From contig MU004181.1 of the NCBI GenBank assembly GCA_010093605.1, positions 1,922,001 to 1,986,000 on the forward strand: a stretch of 64,000 bases of DNA, in the 5' to 3' direction. The notes under the pieces are model-generated. The model was not told the DNA's origin and did not search any database. It saw only the letters and a list, made by a program, of their open reading frames with translations. Source of the DNA: Lophium mytilinum (lineage: Eukaryota). A program made the position numbers and the translations under genes. Of the stretch, positions 1-13,966 are shown piece by piece; the stretch's first letter is position 1; every line of letters starts with the position of its first letter.

Positions 1-148
1 CCTTGGGACTGGGGTTCGCGGGCTTGAGCTCTGACTGTGGTTCAAAATAAATGGCCTTGTGCCCCTGGCGCTGCTTCGGTGATGTTCCAGCACACCTTTC
101 AATCATTGGGTCCCTTTACGTGACCTACATAATTCTCAAGAATCGTAG

Positions 149-1279
149 ATGGAGCAGAATATCGGCTTTATAGGTGACAGCCGCTGAAATTTGCTCGCTA
201 TAGATGGATCAAACTAATAGTATCAAAGGACTCGGAGCCATGGGCTATCCAATGGCTAAGAACATAAGAACCAAGATGAACCAACAATCAACTCTATGGG
301 TCTATGATGTACAGAAAGAGGCCTGCGAGAGATTTAAGCAAGAATTCATGGGTTATGGACCGATATCTATCGCGAACTCAGCAAAAGAAGTCGCCCAGAA
401 CGCTTTGACCATCGCCACGATTGTACCTGCGGGCCACCATGTCCGTCAAGTCTTTTTAGATGAATCAGATGGCGTAATAGCCGCGAAAAGATTGCCACAT
501 GACAAGGAGCGACTATATCTGGAGTGCAGCACCATTGACGTAGCGACGGCTCGAGATGTTGCGCAGAAGCTCGAGACCATGGGTATGGGGCGTTATGTTG
601 ACTGTCCGGTATCTGTACGTCTATGTCCCTCCGATGCTTGAACGTTATTTGATGATCTTCCTCTCGCAGGGCGGCGTGCCGGCAGCAGATTCTGGGACAC
701 TGTCGATGCTGGTAGGAGCCACGAAACCCGCTCCTGCAGAAGCTGAACAAGGTGTGGGTAAGCGATTGCAAGCTTTACTGCTATGGATGGGCGATGCGAA
801 GAAGCACTTCTACTGCGGTGGTGTAGGCTCAGGCTTGGCTGCAAAGATATGCAACAACTATCTGTCGTGTACGATCCTACTGGCTAACGCCGAAGCCATG
901 GCGACTGGCGTCAAGCTTGGTTTGGACCCGAAACTCTTGTATGAGGTCATTGCAAACTCCACGGGACAGAATTTCATGTGCGATCACGTCTGTCCCGTTC
1001 CCGGCGTCGTCCCTCATGCCCCGAGCAGCAACGGGTATAGACTGGGATTCAAGGCGCAGATGTTGTCCAAAGACGTCGGGCTAGGGGTTGAGGCTGCGAA
1101 GAGTGTTAATATTAAACCCTCTATTGGCGAAGCTGCTGTAGCCGTGTTTGATCAGGTTGGTAAGGATGAGCGATGTATCGTAAGTTTTGCTTGCTCAGGA
1201 TAGCATTGAAGCCCCTTCTGATGCTGTCTAGGACCGCGATGCATCTGTCGTGTATCGATTTCTTGGGGGGCCAGAATAG
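149..1279 (+). CDS. beta-hydroxyacid dehydrogenase (3-hydroxyisobutyrate dehydrogenase / 6PGD-like family), copy A, multi-exon
   Basis: ATG 149 gives MEQNIGFIG, spliced to LGAMGYPMA (Rossmann GxGxMG). Also DCPVS|GG and the catalytic Lys motif AAKICNN. Last exon DRDASVVYRFLGGPE ends at TAG 1277-1279. Three GT-AG introns. Confidence 0.88.
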
Positions 1280-1497
1280 GCCATGTCTCGATAGCGGACG
1301 GCAGAAGTCCTGCAGGGCCCACAAGGTTGGAGGGCGAATCTTGAGGTCAGCTAGACGAGCCGACTGAGTGTTCAGAGTGCCTGAAGGCACGCTCGCTAGG
1401 ATTATTTCTAGTGCGGCCGCGGTAGGTCAACCGTAGATATACGGACAAAGAGTATGAAACAGTTTCCACAGTCGTCCGTGTCCAGTCCCCAGTTCTG

Positions 1498-4400
1498 TCA
1501 GCGAGCAAAGGTCGCTGAAGACCTTTCCCCAAAACCTCTAGCTTTCCTTGAGCTACTTTCGTAGACCTTTGCAAGATCCATCAGAAGGCGGCCCATTCTC
1601 GTAGTGATTCCCCAAACCCAGACCTAGGATTGGATTAGCTGAATGAACACTACGTGGACTAAACAGCGCGACATACGTCGGTCATCAATGAAGCCCAACT
1701 CTTTACAATAGCAGCTGCAAGCGAATCGTTCTCGCTGCACTCGATGTCCATTCCCTCAAGCGCTACTTTGACTTGTGAGATGATCTCGGCTTCCGCATGG
1801 GTAAGTGGAGTGTCGCTTGATTGATCCTCGAGACAGTGGATCCATTTTGAAAGCAGTAGAACTTGGCAACACTCATCAGTAAAGGTAAAGTAGATCGGCT
1901 TGAGCTGGGAACTTACCGCAGCCCCAGCCTGCGACAGCATGCTCGACGCTCCAACTTATCGCTGCCGTCTTCTGCACAAGCAGATAGCCCGCTTTTGACG
2001 GCACAGAGAATGCTTCACACATGTTCGCCATTGCCTTAATAATGAGAGGACTTCGCTCTTGCCTAGCAGCAACGAATCGTGTCAATAGTCTGACGTTCTC
2101 TTCCGGACTGTTGAGGAGGAGTACGATGCCATCAGGCATACTTGCATTAAGGAATAGTCGCGTATAGGCGACACGTAGCATAGCTTCGCAGTTTAGAAGT
2201 AGCGGCCCTTCAGGATTGTTCCACAGGGACTCGATGCCTTCTGGTCTAGCAAGTTGCAAGACTTCGCGACATCTTGCAAGCGTTGTCAAGGCATTTGAGA
2301 GCAATGTATTTGGCGCGACACCTGATAGATCAGAGAAAGGAGAGATATGTAAGTGGGTCAATTGGCTTAGGTTCCACGCGTACACGTTGACCGCGTGTGT
2401 GATGACAAGTGCAGTGAATCCCGACACATAATAGGGCGAATATTCGGAACTGTCGTTCGTCGTGCCTGCGAGCATGTCTTCCATCACGTCTCGTATGGTC
2501 TTTGTGGGTGATGATAGTTCGGAGTCTCGCAGGGCTCGCCACTCGTCAGCAGTTGAAGCATTCCATAGATTTTCCTCTTTGAGCACCTCGATCTCAAGGT
2601 CCTGCGTAATGCCGAGGCCGGGAGGAAGACCATACACGATCACGAGAAGGCTGCTGCAAATGAACCCAGCACACAGAAGCCGCTTAGTGGACTCGATTTG
2701 AATCCATTCCTGCCATTGAACTTCTCCGTACTGGCGACTTTTGGCTAACAGGGCAGATCGTCGAGATCGATGGTCCTTGGTCGTGTAAGTTCAGTTCATC
2801 AACAAGAAGTCAGCGTCACTCACCGTCGTAAATACTCCCAGCCTGTCAAGCTCCGACTTCATTATCCCACTGTTGCTACCAAGCGCAGCATATAGCAGCA
2901 GAAGAGTGCGCGCCTGCATGAACCACAGTGGCCTTAATTCCACCAGATGACTCGCTTCTTGCTCTTCCGTAGACAAACTATAGTTTGACTTGACCGGAGA
3001 TGGATAACCATGCCCTGCAAGCTCCGTCTCCAACATACTGGCACTCATTAAATATAGCTTCTGAGCTTTCTGACGATCAAGACGGTATAATGCTCCAATG
3101 CAACACATTGCAAAAATGAGAGGACTAGGCACTTCAGACACCAGGAGCGAAGGCAAATGAATGATAGGTAAATGCCGGTGGAAGCAATCCAGATAGCCAC
3201 TCAACAAGTGCTGCAGCTCTCGACGGTTTTTGAAAGGGAGTTGAAGCTCGCTCTTATCTAACCGTTGATAGGCATCAGCACAGACTGATTGAAATGCAGC
3301 GTCGTCCACCACAAGCTTGGGCGGGTTCTCGGACTTCTCCTTCAGAATCATTGGCATGCGTATTCGATCGGTCCTTTCGGTTCCAGTATCGCTGGTAGAG
3401 TCCGAGAATTGTCCCGAAGGCGAGCCATCCGTGGAGTTTGGTAGTCCAAAACTGTAGGAATCCGAGATATGATTGGGGTTGTCCATATTCCTGCGTCCGT
3501 TCAAGGCTTGATTCTCTTGCTGTGTGATTTGATGGAAAAAAATCTCATTACTGACTCCTCCGATCTCCATATCAACATCCATGAAATCGAATGAACGGAG
3601 CGTGTTCTGTGCATCGTCCGATGACATTGTTTGCGGGGTTGGTAATGGGAAGACCTCGTCATTCTGGACAGGTTGCAATGATGGAGCATCATCAGATAGT
3701 CGTTGGCGCTTATTGCGACCTTGTTCGGCTTCGAAAAGATCGACATGGCTTTCCCAGTGTGATAATGATCCAAGTGGTGACGGGATTAATAAGTCACTGA
3801 GGTTAAAGTCGAAATGCTGAGAGCTAGCTATCGGAGATAGCGGGTGGATGGGCGAAGACTGTCCTCGAATCCGTGCAAACATTGGGGATGTTGATGTGCA
3901 ATGGCTTTTCTCTGGCGATTTAGTTGTTGTATTATTCAGTACGGCGGCGTTGGCGGTGAGCAAGAAGGGAGATACTGAAGACGCACGCGACGTCACGATA
4001 GTCGGATCGTATCTGATTGTATTCGGGTCGCCCGAAAAGGTGGCTCTCCTTGAAACAGTCGGCGTCTCATTATGATTCGCTAGAGTCTCGTCATCTGGTA
4101 CAGCGAGGTCCCTAATACTGGATGCATCTCGGCCCGTCTGGTTAGGAATGGTGTGAAGGTGGATGACATCGCGATCTTGCCCAGAAGAAGTATTGATATC
4201 GCCAGCGCCTTGCTGCTGTTTGGGATCACTGGGATTGACTAGCGCGTTGTATAGGTCGGCGTGGATGGTTCTCTCATGCCTTTTGACGAGATCTCTTGAG
4301 AATGGAAATCAAATTAACTATACTGAGCCTGACAGGTATTTGCAGTGGAGACATACCTGCGAGCATAAGACCTGTTGCAGAACTGACATGGAAATGGTCT

Positions 4401-4589
4401 TTCCTTTGTATGTGAAAGCTCGTGGCGAGAGCAGTGTTCGCTCCTCTTGAAGGCCTTGGGACAATACGAGCATTTGAAGGCATGTGTCGGCTTGGATTGA
4501 TTGGCGTTGTTAGTGCTATTGTTGGGTGCTGCCCGGCTGTCAAGAGGCCTATTCTGTACCGGAAAGGAATGAACAGACATCTGCAGCAT
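1498..4589 (-). CDS. C2H2 zinc-finger transcription factor (Adr1/AmdX-type) with fungal-specific TF domain, copy A
   Basis: Finger 1 FKCSYCPKAFKRSEHCSRH and finger 2 CQFCNRSYAR|RDLVKRH (intron 4295-4356). Middle domain YLDCFHRHLPIIH...AMCCIGALYR. C-terminal WSVEHAVAGW and VWVWGITTRMG, ending at TGA 1498-1500. Confidence 0.85.
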
Positions 4590-6251
4590 GTTTGGAGGTA
4601 TCTCAGAAAGTTCGCAGTCTTCGTCGAGTGTACTGAAGATGGACCACGGATGGATTTGTAAGAGCTAGGTTGCGACAATCTGGCGATGGAAAGGATTCTT
4701 GCCAAAAATGCGGGGTCCCGTCCGAGCCAGGGGCTGCCATGACTTGCCACCAAGCATACCTAGACACGGCAAGGAAAGACGGTCAAATCACACGCCACTC
4801 AGCAGTAATGCGTTCACGCACGTGCCGCCAGCCACTCCCTTAGTGCCAGCCATCCCATTGCATTTGCCGGTCGCGAAGTCTATTGCACGGACCTGGGTAT
4901 CCAATCCTTGAATTGACTCGGCAGCTGTGCCATGATCACTCATCCTCCAGTTGCTGGTTATGATTTGGTGAAAAGTTGAATGCTTTGACTGCTTCACAGC
5001 ATCAGCGGCCTCCTCCTCGACGGCGCTTCACAGCCTCTGTGCTATAGCTCTACAGTAAGTATCTAGAAGAGATCAACCTCATAGATTAATTGCATGGCAA
5101 CATTCACTCACATCCTCCTGGTAACACGCAGAACTGGTTGGGGATCTTGCTTTTACCATATATTACCCTAAAACTGCCCTGCCTGAGCTAGTCAAGATGG
5201 GGAGTGGGAAAACGAGAAAGCATGGAGACCCTGAGAAGTTTTCAAGAATTCCCAGGAGAAGAAACACCCATCATCTCTTCGAATAATCTCTCCAGTGCCT
5301 GGGGTTTGATTGCATCCTGAAAAGCTAGCGCACACATTATCAGTCACTCGTTTCCGACTGTTCCAGATCCAACTCCATGTCTCTAAATCAGTATCAACAC
5401 AGCCCATGCCTTGTCCCTCCCCCTGTCACTTCAGGTAGCCCATATGCGGCAAATCGAGACATCCCAAAAGTTGGGCGGCCAAAATCGATGCTGAGAGAGC
5501 AAGGTCAGATATTCATCCCCGTTGGTGCTTATGAGCTAGGGGTTGTGTCTTTTCAGCTCCAATGGTGAAAATGTTCATGCATTCGTGTTGGTTGACTGTC
5601 TCGTTATTATATCTGAACATATAGTCATCTTCAGCAACCTCCCGCTCAGGTTGCAATAAGTTGACTAGTTTATTTAGCGATTTAACCACTCTTGAGCAGT
5701 CCGAGTGTAACTAACTGTGAGCTAGAGATTCTCTCTTCACGTAGCCCATCCTGCTGTAAAGATGGATCCCGAAGTGGGGCTGTGATAATATTTAGGGAAA
5801 TTTATCATGATGTAAGGATGAAGCAAAGAGAACTCGACGATGATCTTTCCATAGGACATCCTAGAATTTTTATGCGGCATTCGTTCGTCGTCTTCGAGAA
5901 TGACACGCAAGGTGCTGTTGCCGAGGGTGTCAGAAGTCGCCGGATAAAGGCAGAGAAAAGAGATCGATATGTTATTTCTGACCTTATAGATACCGAACAC
6001 CCGTATGGCACTGATAAGGCCCACTTCACTGTTCTTTCTCGGTCGGCTAAGAGCTGGAGCTATATCGTTGGGAGCCTCTAGATAATAGGAGATCCCAATC
6101 TCCTGTAGTTGCTGCCTGCCCTCTCTCACGTCAAAATGCCGACATTGGCCAATCATTTTAGGACGATTTTGGGGATGAAGGCCAGTCTCTGCCAAGCCTA
6201 TTTACCCCATGAAGTGAAGTGAGGGGCCCCTTAGCGAGGGGCTTCCCCCTT

Positions 6252-6266
6252 ACCCCACAGTGGGGT
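6252..6266. promoter_or_regulatory. palindromic CCCCRC pair ACCCCAC-A-GTGGGGT upstream of the SDR
   Basis: Perfect 7-bp inverted repeat with a 1-nt spacer. The same hexamer recurs in nearly all cluster promoters. Confidence 0.5.
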
Positions 6267-6455
6267 TTTAAACAGATTTACACGGCAAGACCAAATCTGG
6301 GGTGCTATTCTCCAGTCATGAACATCATTTCCAATGCCGCGCATCAAAAGTAGTGACTCGCTTAAGACTATAAGGGTTGAGGGCGTTGATGGCGGGGAGA
6401 ATTTTGTCCTGTGAGCTGGTGGCCAATCCTGTTCGACAATCTCTGTTTTGGAAAC

Positions 6456-7469
6456 ATGACAACCTACAACCTTAAGAATGCTGAGTTCGAGGCGTTGAAG
6501 GGGAAAGTCATTTTGATCACTGGAGCTGCGACTGGCATTGGAAGAGCTACGGTGGAGCTTGCACATAGTATGTCTTCACAAGCTGCTGCGCCAAAGCTAT
6601 ATACTGATACACCGGCAGAGTATGGGGCAACCGTTGCGATTGGAGATTGGAATGAAACAGAAGGCGCGAAACTTGTGGCCAGTTTGAAAGAGTGTGTTCT
6701 TCCTATTACTGACATTGCTTTTAGCTGATGTTGTGATATGTAGGCGCGTATTGTTCCGTAAATGCGACGTCACCAAGTGGTCGGACGTACTTGCACTCTT
6801 CGAGGAGACCCGCAAGACTTTCGGTATCATCCATGCGGTTCTTTCCAACGCTGGCGTCAACCAAGAAGACCTCCTTCTTGACCACTTCGATCTCAAGACT
6901 GGAGAGCTTCTCGCCCCAGATCGTAAAGTTCTCGATATCAATCTGACAGGGACACTTTACGTGGTCAAGTGTGCAGTACATTATTTCAGACAGTGGCCGG
7001 AAACACGAACCCAGATCGTGATGACTGGTTCTGCAGCCAGTTATATCGATACCCCCCCGCTTCACATTTACTGTGCTTCAAAGGCCGGGGTGCTGGGACT
7101 AATGCGCTCATTGAGGACACAGCTCGTCAAGGAAAACATCACCATCAACATGGTTGCGCCGTGGATGACTAGTAAGTTTCATATAGAACTGAGCCGCTTC
7201 CAAGCTGACTGCTATACTATGTAGTAACACCTATGCTGTTGCAAGAGATAGTCGATATGTGGGGAGATTTACCAGCCAACCGGCCTACTGGTGTTGGAAG
7301 AGCGATACTTCTACCAATAGTACGTCCAGAAGTGAATGGGAAGTCTTTCTTTGTGGCCGGCCACGAGATTGTGGATTTTGAAGACAAGCTTCATGATACG
7401 CAGCCGCAATGGATGGGGCAAAGCCTGAGTAAAGCCGTCGATGAAGGGCAACGGCGTCTTATTCCGTGA
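6456..7469 (+). CDS. short-chain dehydrogenase/reductase
   Basis: ITGAATGIG, NAG and YCASK (YxxxK) motifs spread over ORFs 6411-6728, 6694-7224 and 7233-7469, joined by introns. Confidence 0.9.
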
Positions 7470-7775
7470 AAGCCAGCTGTGCTGGGACTGATTATGGTTC
7501 TGATTCCTTGTGGTAGCTCACACAGCACGTGCTCATTTAGATGTCTGATGCTGTGAAAAAGTCGAATGTTGCTGCGTTGTAGAAATCTTTGGAACTAGAA
7601 ATATGAGGATTAAGATGCTCTGTCCAAAAACTAGAACTTCTGTGCGCCCGTTGAGATTATAAGGCACCATCTACAGGAGAGATGTCTGTAAGAGTTGAAG
7701 ACTGTATGTTCATAGTATGACAGCCAAAAGCCTTCGCATGGTAGAAGAATTGAGACAGATGGACTAGGATTTTGA

Positions 7776-9386
7776 CTAGTATTTGGTGTTTACGGCCTCA
7801 AGACAATCCCGCTCAATCAGCGCAGCGTGCTTCTCACTCCTGACTCTCACTTTCACAGCAAATGGCGCCTCATTCTTCGTTATTTGGGGAATTGTCATGG
7901 TATCGATCGGGTGATTCTGTTTGAAAGTCAGTGAGACCGCTTTTGAGCTAGCCTTGGTGTTATGCAGCATTGGGAATTGATGGCTAGATCGTACCTTGTC
8001 TTCGTCAAACTCAAAGCAATACAGCAGCCTTGCAATTGCGATCCAAACGTTCATTTCGCCGACCTTCCAGCCGACGCACACTCGTCGACCGGGGCCGAAT
8101 GCCCAGTGGCCTTTCAATGCGTTAGTGAGATGCTCGTTCATGAATCGCTCCGGCCAGAAGCGCTCTGGCTGCTCGTATTCTTTCTCGTTAAGTGCTATAG
8201 CCCACGCATTCCAGGTGAAAATGGTCCCAGCTGGAAAACGATAGCCTTCGTATTCGTCATCACGGACGAGCGATGTTGGTGCCCCAATCTCAGCAATATT
8301 CGGGCGCCAGCGAAATCCCTCTTTCACAACGGCGGTGATATACGGAAGAGCCTCCCGATCGTCCCATCCCGGGAGACGTTCAGCGTTCGCACCGCAAACT
8401 GCATCCAGCTGAGCGCGCGCTCTGGCAGGCCAATCTGGGTATGTTGCTGCGCCTGCGATGATCTGCCCAATACTGACGCGGGACGTATCTGAGCCAGCTT
8501 CCATGAGCGTCCCAAGAAGGAAGAGCTGCTGCGTTTCGGAAAACTTTGTCTCTGCCTCTTGTTGCTTCAAGAAATCCACGGCAAAGCATGGTTTTTGCGT
8601 CCCTGCGTTGATGCGAGCGTGGACTGCATCGAGCTCTCTTTTGTATACTTTTTCCGTCATGCGAAAGACTTTCTCGCCTCGCGGTCGCCACCACTGCAGG
8701 CGTTTAGGAAGTTTGTTGAAGATATTGAATCCGTCTACGAGGTTCACGCCCGGCTGCTGATTCTCCAAGAAGAGCTCGATTGTCTCGAAGAGCTCGCGAG
8801 TTTGCTCTGAGTCCAGATCCGTGCGAGTCCCAAAAACCACCGACATAATAACTGAGTTTGCAAAGCGGCCATTGGCGATATACCACTTGCCTGGATGGTG
8901 CAGGTAATCGTAGAGAAGGTGGCGAGATTCGAGGTCTTGGTACGGCTTAAAGATGTCCTGCGACCTACCCGCAAGGATGTTATGCATGATCTTGCGGAGG
9001 GCACGCCACCGGTCATCGTATGGCATGAGCACAATGCGTGAATCGCCTGACATGATACTCTGCGTCATGGGAAACGGGGGCCGGGAGCAGTAAATCGCTG
9101 CTCTACGCTCCAAAAGATCATTGACCACACGTGACGAGTTCAAAAAGACCCAGGTATTGCCACCAAAACTGCAGGTAAACATCTCTCCATACTTTTCAGC
9201 AAGCTTCTTTGCCCATGGTCCCTGCTGCACCAGAGGGATCTGAAATGTGTTACCAAATACTGGAACTCCGGGTACACGAGGCGGGAGCTTGTATTTTCGT
9301 GCCTTTAGATGGGATTGGAGGATACCGTAAGCAAGGAATAGGACTGGAGTGCCGAAAAGAAGCAGGAGGAAGAGAAAGCTATCCAT
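7776..9386 (-). CDS. cytochrome P450 (copy A)
   Basis: N-terminal TM anchor, Pro-rich hinge, I-helix EAGSDTS, KEGFRWRP (ExxR), PERF and heme motif FGPGRRVCVG. Probably one short intron near the 3' end (~7920-7995). Confidence 0.95.
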   Translation of the reverse strand: MDSFLFLLLLFGTPVLFLAYGILQSHLKARKYKLPPRVPGVPVFGNTFQIPLVQQGPWAKKLAEKYGEMFTCSFGGNTWVFLNSSRVVNDLLERRAAIYCSRPPFPMTQSIMSGDSRIVLMPYDDRWRALRKIMHNILAGRSQDIFKPYQDLESRHLLYDYLHHPGKWYIANGRFANSVIMSVVFGTRTDLDSEQTRELFETIELFLENQQPGVNLVDGFNIFNKLPKRLQWWRPRGEKVFRMTEKVYKRELDAVHARINAGTQKPCFAVDFLKQQEAETKFSETQQLFLLGTLMEAGSDTSRVSIGQIIAGAATYPDWPARARAQLDAVCGANAERLPGWDDREALPYITAVVKEGFRWRPNIAEIGAPTSLVRDDEYEGYRFPAGTIFTWNAWAIALNEKEYEQPERFWPERFMNEHLTNALKGHWAFGPGRRVCVGWKVGEMNVWIAIARLLYCFEFDEDKVRSSHQFPMLHNTKASSKAVSLTFKQNHPIDTMTIPQITKNEAPFAVKVRVRSEKHAALIERDCLEAVNTKY

Positions 9387-9848
9387 GATGCAGATTGTGA
9401 ATGCACGTCAATGATTGCGGGTCTTATTGCTGCAAACTGCCTATGAGAGGTTGGTGGTCGTAGATAGAATGCAAAAGCTGGAGCGCCGCTGAGGCATTTG
9501 AGATTCTGTTAGGGTCTTGAAAAGACTCCAGGAGTAGCCCCACCTTACCCCAATGTGGTAGTTGGTGAGTTGTTGACCCATGGAGTAGGCTGCGGGGTCC
9601 CCCCATTCCCCCTCATTGGGCGTAACCTAACCTAATAGGTGGTCGGTTCGAATTCCCGGAACGCCCGCGCTGTCGTTGGCGAGTGGCGCGGAGAGAGAAG
9701 TATAGCCAGACAAGCTGCTCACGGCTTACCACGTTCGGGGCCAGCTACTAGCACGGTCATTTTGGTATTCGTAAACGACGTCCCTCTGTGTATTTGGCCT
9801 TGTCGCCCCCTCGTCGATCGTAAAACCTGGCCCGTCCTGAATGGAAAC

Positions 9849-11765
9849 ATGGAAATCCTTCTCAGTCATCGCGACATAGGCACTATCAAAGGGATCAGAT
9901 CAGCCGGCGTAGCCCAATTCCTAGGGGTCAAGTATGCGGCGCTTGCTGATCGTCTCGCTCCTCCAACTCTAGTGACCAGCTATGCGGCCGATCCAATCGA
10001 CGCGACGACATATGGGTGCGTAACAAGCCTCCTACAGCGTTTCATGGCAGCTTGACTGACCATTACAGTCCTAGTGCAGTGTCTCCACCAATGGGATGCG
10101 ATATGGAGTTTGGCATCATCCAGCACTCGTTGCCCAAACCTCAACAGCTACCATCGTCAGATCTTGACTGTCTAAACCTAAATATCACTGTGCCGCTCGA
10201 TAGCTCAGGTGAAATACATACTGCAGGCAAATTACCTGTGTTTGTCTTCATCCATGGCGGTGGTTTTGGTATTGGAGCAAATTGGTGGCCGCAGTATGAT
10301 GCCGCCGAACTTGTGCGCCTATCCAAGGCTAAGGGGAAGCCGGTTATTGGAATCAATATCAAGTAAGATCACCGTTTAGCTCAACTCAAGCCTTTAGCCT
10401 ACATCTTTGCCGAGAGTACCATCTGAACAGACATGCAGCTACCGTCTTGGTGCGCTAGGGTTCCTCACATCGAAAGAGCTTCGTCAGGCTGGATATCCGG
10501 GCAATAACGGCCTCCGTGACCAGAGGGCTGCACTGCAATGGATCAGGAAATTCATTGGAGTGTACGGAGGGTCCTCAGATGAAATAACAGTTGTTGGCGA
10601 AAGTGCCGGAGCTTGTAAGCGACCTTTTTGCTGCTTCAGAGTGTGTGAAATTCTAATCATTGTGCTCTACCAGTCTCCGCGACCATGCTCCTACAATCCA
10701 AAGAACCTTTGATGAAACGTACTGCTGCGTTTGGGGGATCACCACTTCTGTTCAAACCTCTCCCACTGCCGGTCACCGAGTTCGCGTATGAGAGTGTTCT
10801 TCAAGCTTTAGGACTTGTCGACAAGTCGCCAGAGTCTCGTATCCAAGCTCTTTTAGAAATACCAACGGATGAGCTGTGGCAGAAAATTCCACCCGCAATC
10901 CCGATGATGCCCTTCATGGACGACGATATCGTGACTGCCGAACCGACCTTCGCCATGTTTTATGGTCCGCTCGATCGTACCGAGCTAGCCTTTCCAGGAC
11001 TCAAGTGGTGCGAGGGCCTCATGGTGGGAGACTGTCAGTTTGATGTAACTGACCCTTCCCTTCCTCTCGACTTCCAAACATGAGATTTCAAATCTCAGGT
11101 GTCTGTTTTCAGATAGTACTAACACGCAAGCCATATAGGGAAATGTCTTTGGCCACATCGGCCTCCACGATCGCAAGACCGGCATAGCTACCGCCTTCAT
11201 AAGGTCGGTCGAGGCCACACTGAAATCTAATTCGACAGCAACGTCCGCTATTCTGGAGGCATACCAAATAAGGACGGATACGAGCGACGACGACGCACTG
11301 AACTCCATCTTGCAATTCGCAAGCGACATCACGTTCTACGCGCCAGCAATCACCATCGCCGCGTATTGGCCCTCCACCAGGAACTCCAAATCGTACCTGT
11401 TCCACTTCAATGAACCAAATCCGTGGGATGGTCTATACAAAGGCAAGGCGTCGCATGTTCTAGATGTGGCATACCTGTTCCAGAACTTCGCGAAGCATTT
11501 GACCGACGATCAGAAGGCCGTTGGTCGCGCTCTTGGTTCGGATTTCATAGAATTTGTGAATGGAGGTTCACCGTGGCAACCCGTTTCGGCTGGAAAGATG
11601 TGTGCTAGGGTTTATGGCCCCAGCGACGCAAAGGAGACTGCTAAGCTGGTTGATTCAAGCGACACGGTGGAGTCGGGGAGGAACAGAAAGATTCACGACC
11701 TTGCCAGCCTTGTTGGCTGTGATGCTCTTGCAGAAGTCTATATTAAGTTCTTCCAGGGAACGTAA
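9849..11765 (+). CDS. type-B carboxylesterase (COesterase family), copy A, no signal peptide
   Basis: FLGVKYA, DCLNLNI, FIHGGGF, N|YRLG, GLRDQRAALQWI, GESAG nucleophile elbow and the His motif ASHVLDV. Several introns. Confidence 0.92.
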
Positions 11766-12229
11766 TGCGAAGCGCTACTCTTGTCATGGGCTCCAGACAG
11801 CCTATTTTGCTGGACTATAAATCGTCGAACGAGATCGGATGAAACAAGCTCCTTCACAAAAGCCGTCTGTAGACTATATCTACTTGCTTCTCAACAGAGT
11901 TCTTTACTTCGTTCCCGCCGTTTTATAATATGCCTTCCAAATCATCCAATTCTAGATTCATATGGCCAATACCGCGCCAAAATTGCGTTAGTCACAATAA
12001 GATTTTGCACATGCTGTATCCCGTGTGGCGGGGAAGGCACCGGCAAACAATCAATACTGGATCGATGAGTCGGTAAATATGGTCGACTGCATGGTTAAAG
12101 ATATGATATTTGACTCAGTCTCCGAGTTTGGATTTACACGGGAACAGACACGCAGCGTCACGGGACGTTACACAGCCAACGAACGTAACTCCTAATATAC
12201 TGTAACTGATCTCAAAAGATGTTTACTAC

Positions 12230-13966
12230 TTAAAGCTTAATTCCCTGTTTTTCGCCCTCGACGAAAGTCTCTCGAATAATCCTGGCGTGTTTGGTGGAGC
12301 GCACAGTGATCTGACACTCAAACGGCTCCGGAACACTGAGGAACCCTCTAACCATCCTCGTGGTGGGCTCTACGACTCCGCCATCCAGTCCCTTTTTCTT
12401 GGCTATGTTGAACCCCCATAAAGTACGCACGATGTTGATATAAAGAGAGCGCTCAGCGACATGCACACCTGGGCATACCCTCCTTCCTGCCCCGTACGTG
12501 AAATGGTCTCGCTCGAGTGGGCTTTGAACGTTGATATAATGGGCCGTAGGTAGGGGCTTGTTGAGAAAGCGCGCTGGATCAAACTGTTCTGGTTCTGGAT
12601 AGAGCTCTGGATTCATGTGGATGGCCCTTTATCGTGACTTAGTCATATTCTCGTCTGACAGCTTCTGGCGGGAAAACTTACCACCAGTTCAAGATCGCTA
12701 CGGAGCCCTTGGGGATGAAGTGACCCTCATACCAGTCGTCCTCACTGGTTGCATGCATCATGCCAAACTTGTTGACAGGGCGCCAACGCAAGATCTCCTT
12801 GACCATACTTCTCGAGTACGGGAGATTCTGCTCATCGTTCCAATCCGGGAGTCGATCTGAGCCCACGACACGATCAATCTCCTCCTGGGCTTTCTTGGCG
12901 GTCTCCGGGAAAAGGACCATGGCTAGGATCCAGTTGTTCAGAGTTGTTGCTGTTGTCTCCGAGCCGGCTTCGACGAGGCCCCCGCATGTGTAAGCTGCGA
13001 GTAAATCATCGATGCCATTCTTCTTTGGGTCGTCAAGGTAGAACTGCTTGCAGAAACAGTTTGCGGCAGTACCCTCGTCCACCTCCTTCTTCAAGCGCTC
13101 CCACAAGTCTAGGTATACTTTACTGTCGTACTTGAATACGCTCTCAGCATAGCTACGCCAGTTTCCAAGCATCCACTGGGGCAGGTATGCCAAAGAAGGG
13201 AAGCTGTCTACTACATGTGCGCCTGGTGCTGTCATCTCGGTCAAATTGTCGAGGACAGTATAGATTTTCTTGATCAGGGGATCGTTCCACGATGGGATCC
13301 GATAGCCATAGGTCACCAGCATGATGACAGAAGCAGAGTAGCGCCGATTTATGGAGTAGAACTCGTCAGGCTCGTTCAAGAGATCGTGTAGAACTTGCTT
13401 TGATTCAAAGTCCTGCACGGGTTGGTACTTCACGGCGGTGGTTGAGCTAAGAAGCGCGTGGCTATGTTTACGAAGCTGTCTCCATTGCGGTCCATAGGCC
13501 ATGAACAGCTGTCGGCAAAATCGACTGGCGACATCTTGGGCCAATGGAAGGGGAGGTCTCGAAGAGTAGATTGCCGATTTCTTGTCCATCAAATCTTTGA
13601 CAGCTTGTGGCGACGAAAGCCACACATAGTCCGCTCCGCCTATCTTGGTGTAGAACACATCACCGAATTGTCGGTGCCATTGGACTGCTTTGGCTCGGAC
13701 CAGTTCAGAATCAGCCAGGTCGAATAAGTTACCAACAAGCGGCAATCCTTTTGGACCGGGTGGAAGGCGTCGCCTTCGCGAATCCTAAATGAAAAGCGGA
13801 GTCAGAAGTGTCTTAATGCTGCCGAGACTAGACTTGCACATACCCTGATCACATTCGGAACGGTAAAGAAATATACAGCAACTAAGAGCAAAACAGGCCC
13901 AACAACGAGCACAAGCGAAAGGGGGATGTGGGGCATCAAGCCACCAAAAAGCGCTGCGAATGCCAT
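12230..13966 (-). CDS. cytochrome P450 (copy B, related to copy A)
   Basis: TM exon MAFAALFGGLMPHIPLSLVLVVG from 13966, PPGPKGLP hinge, EAGSETT, KEILRWRP, PARF and heme motif TYGAGRRVCPG. Two introns. Confidence 0.93.
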
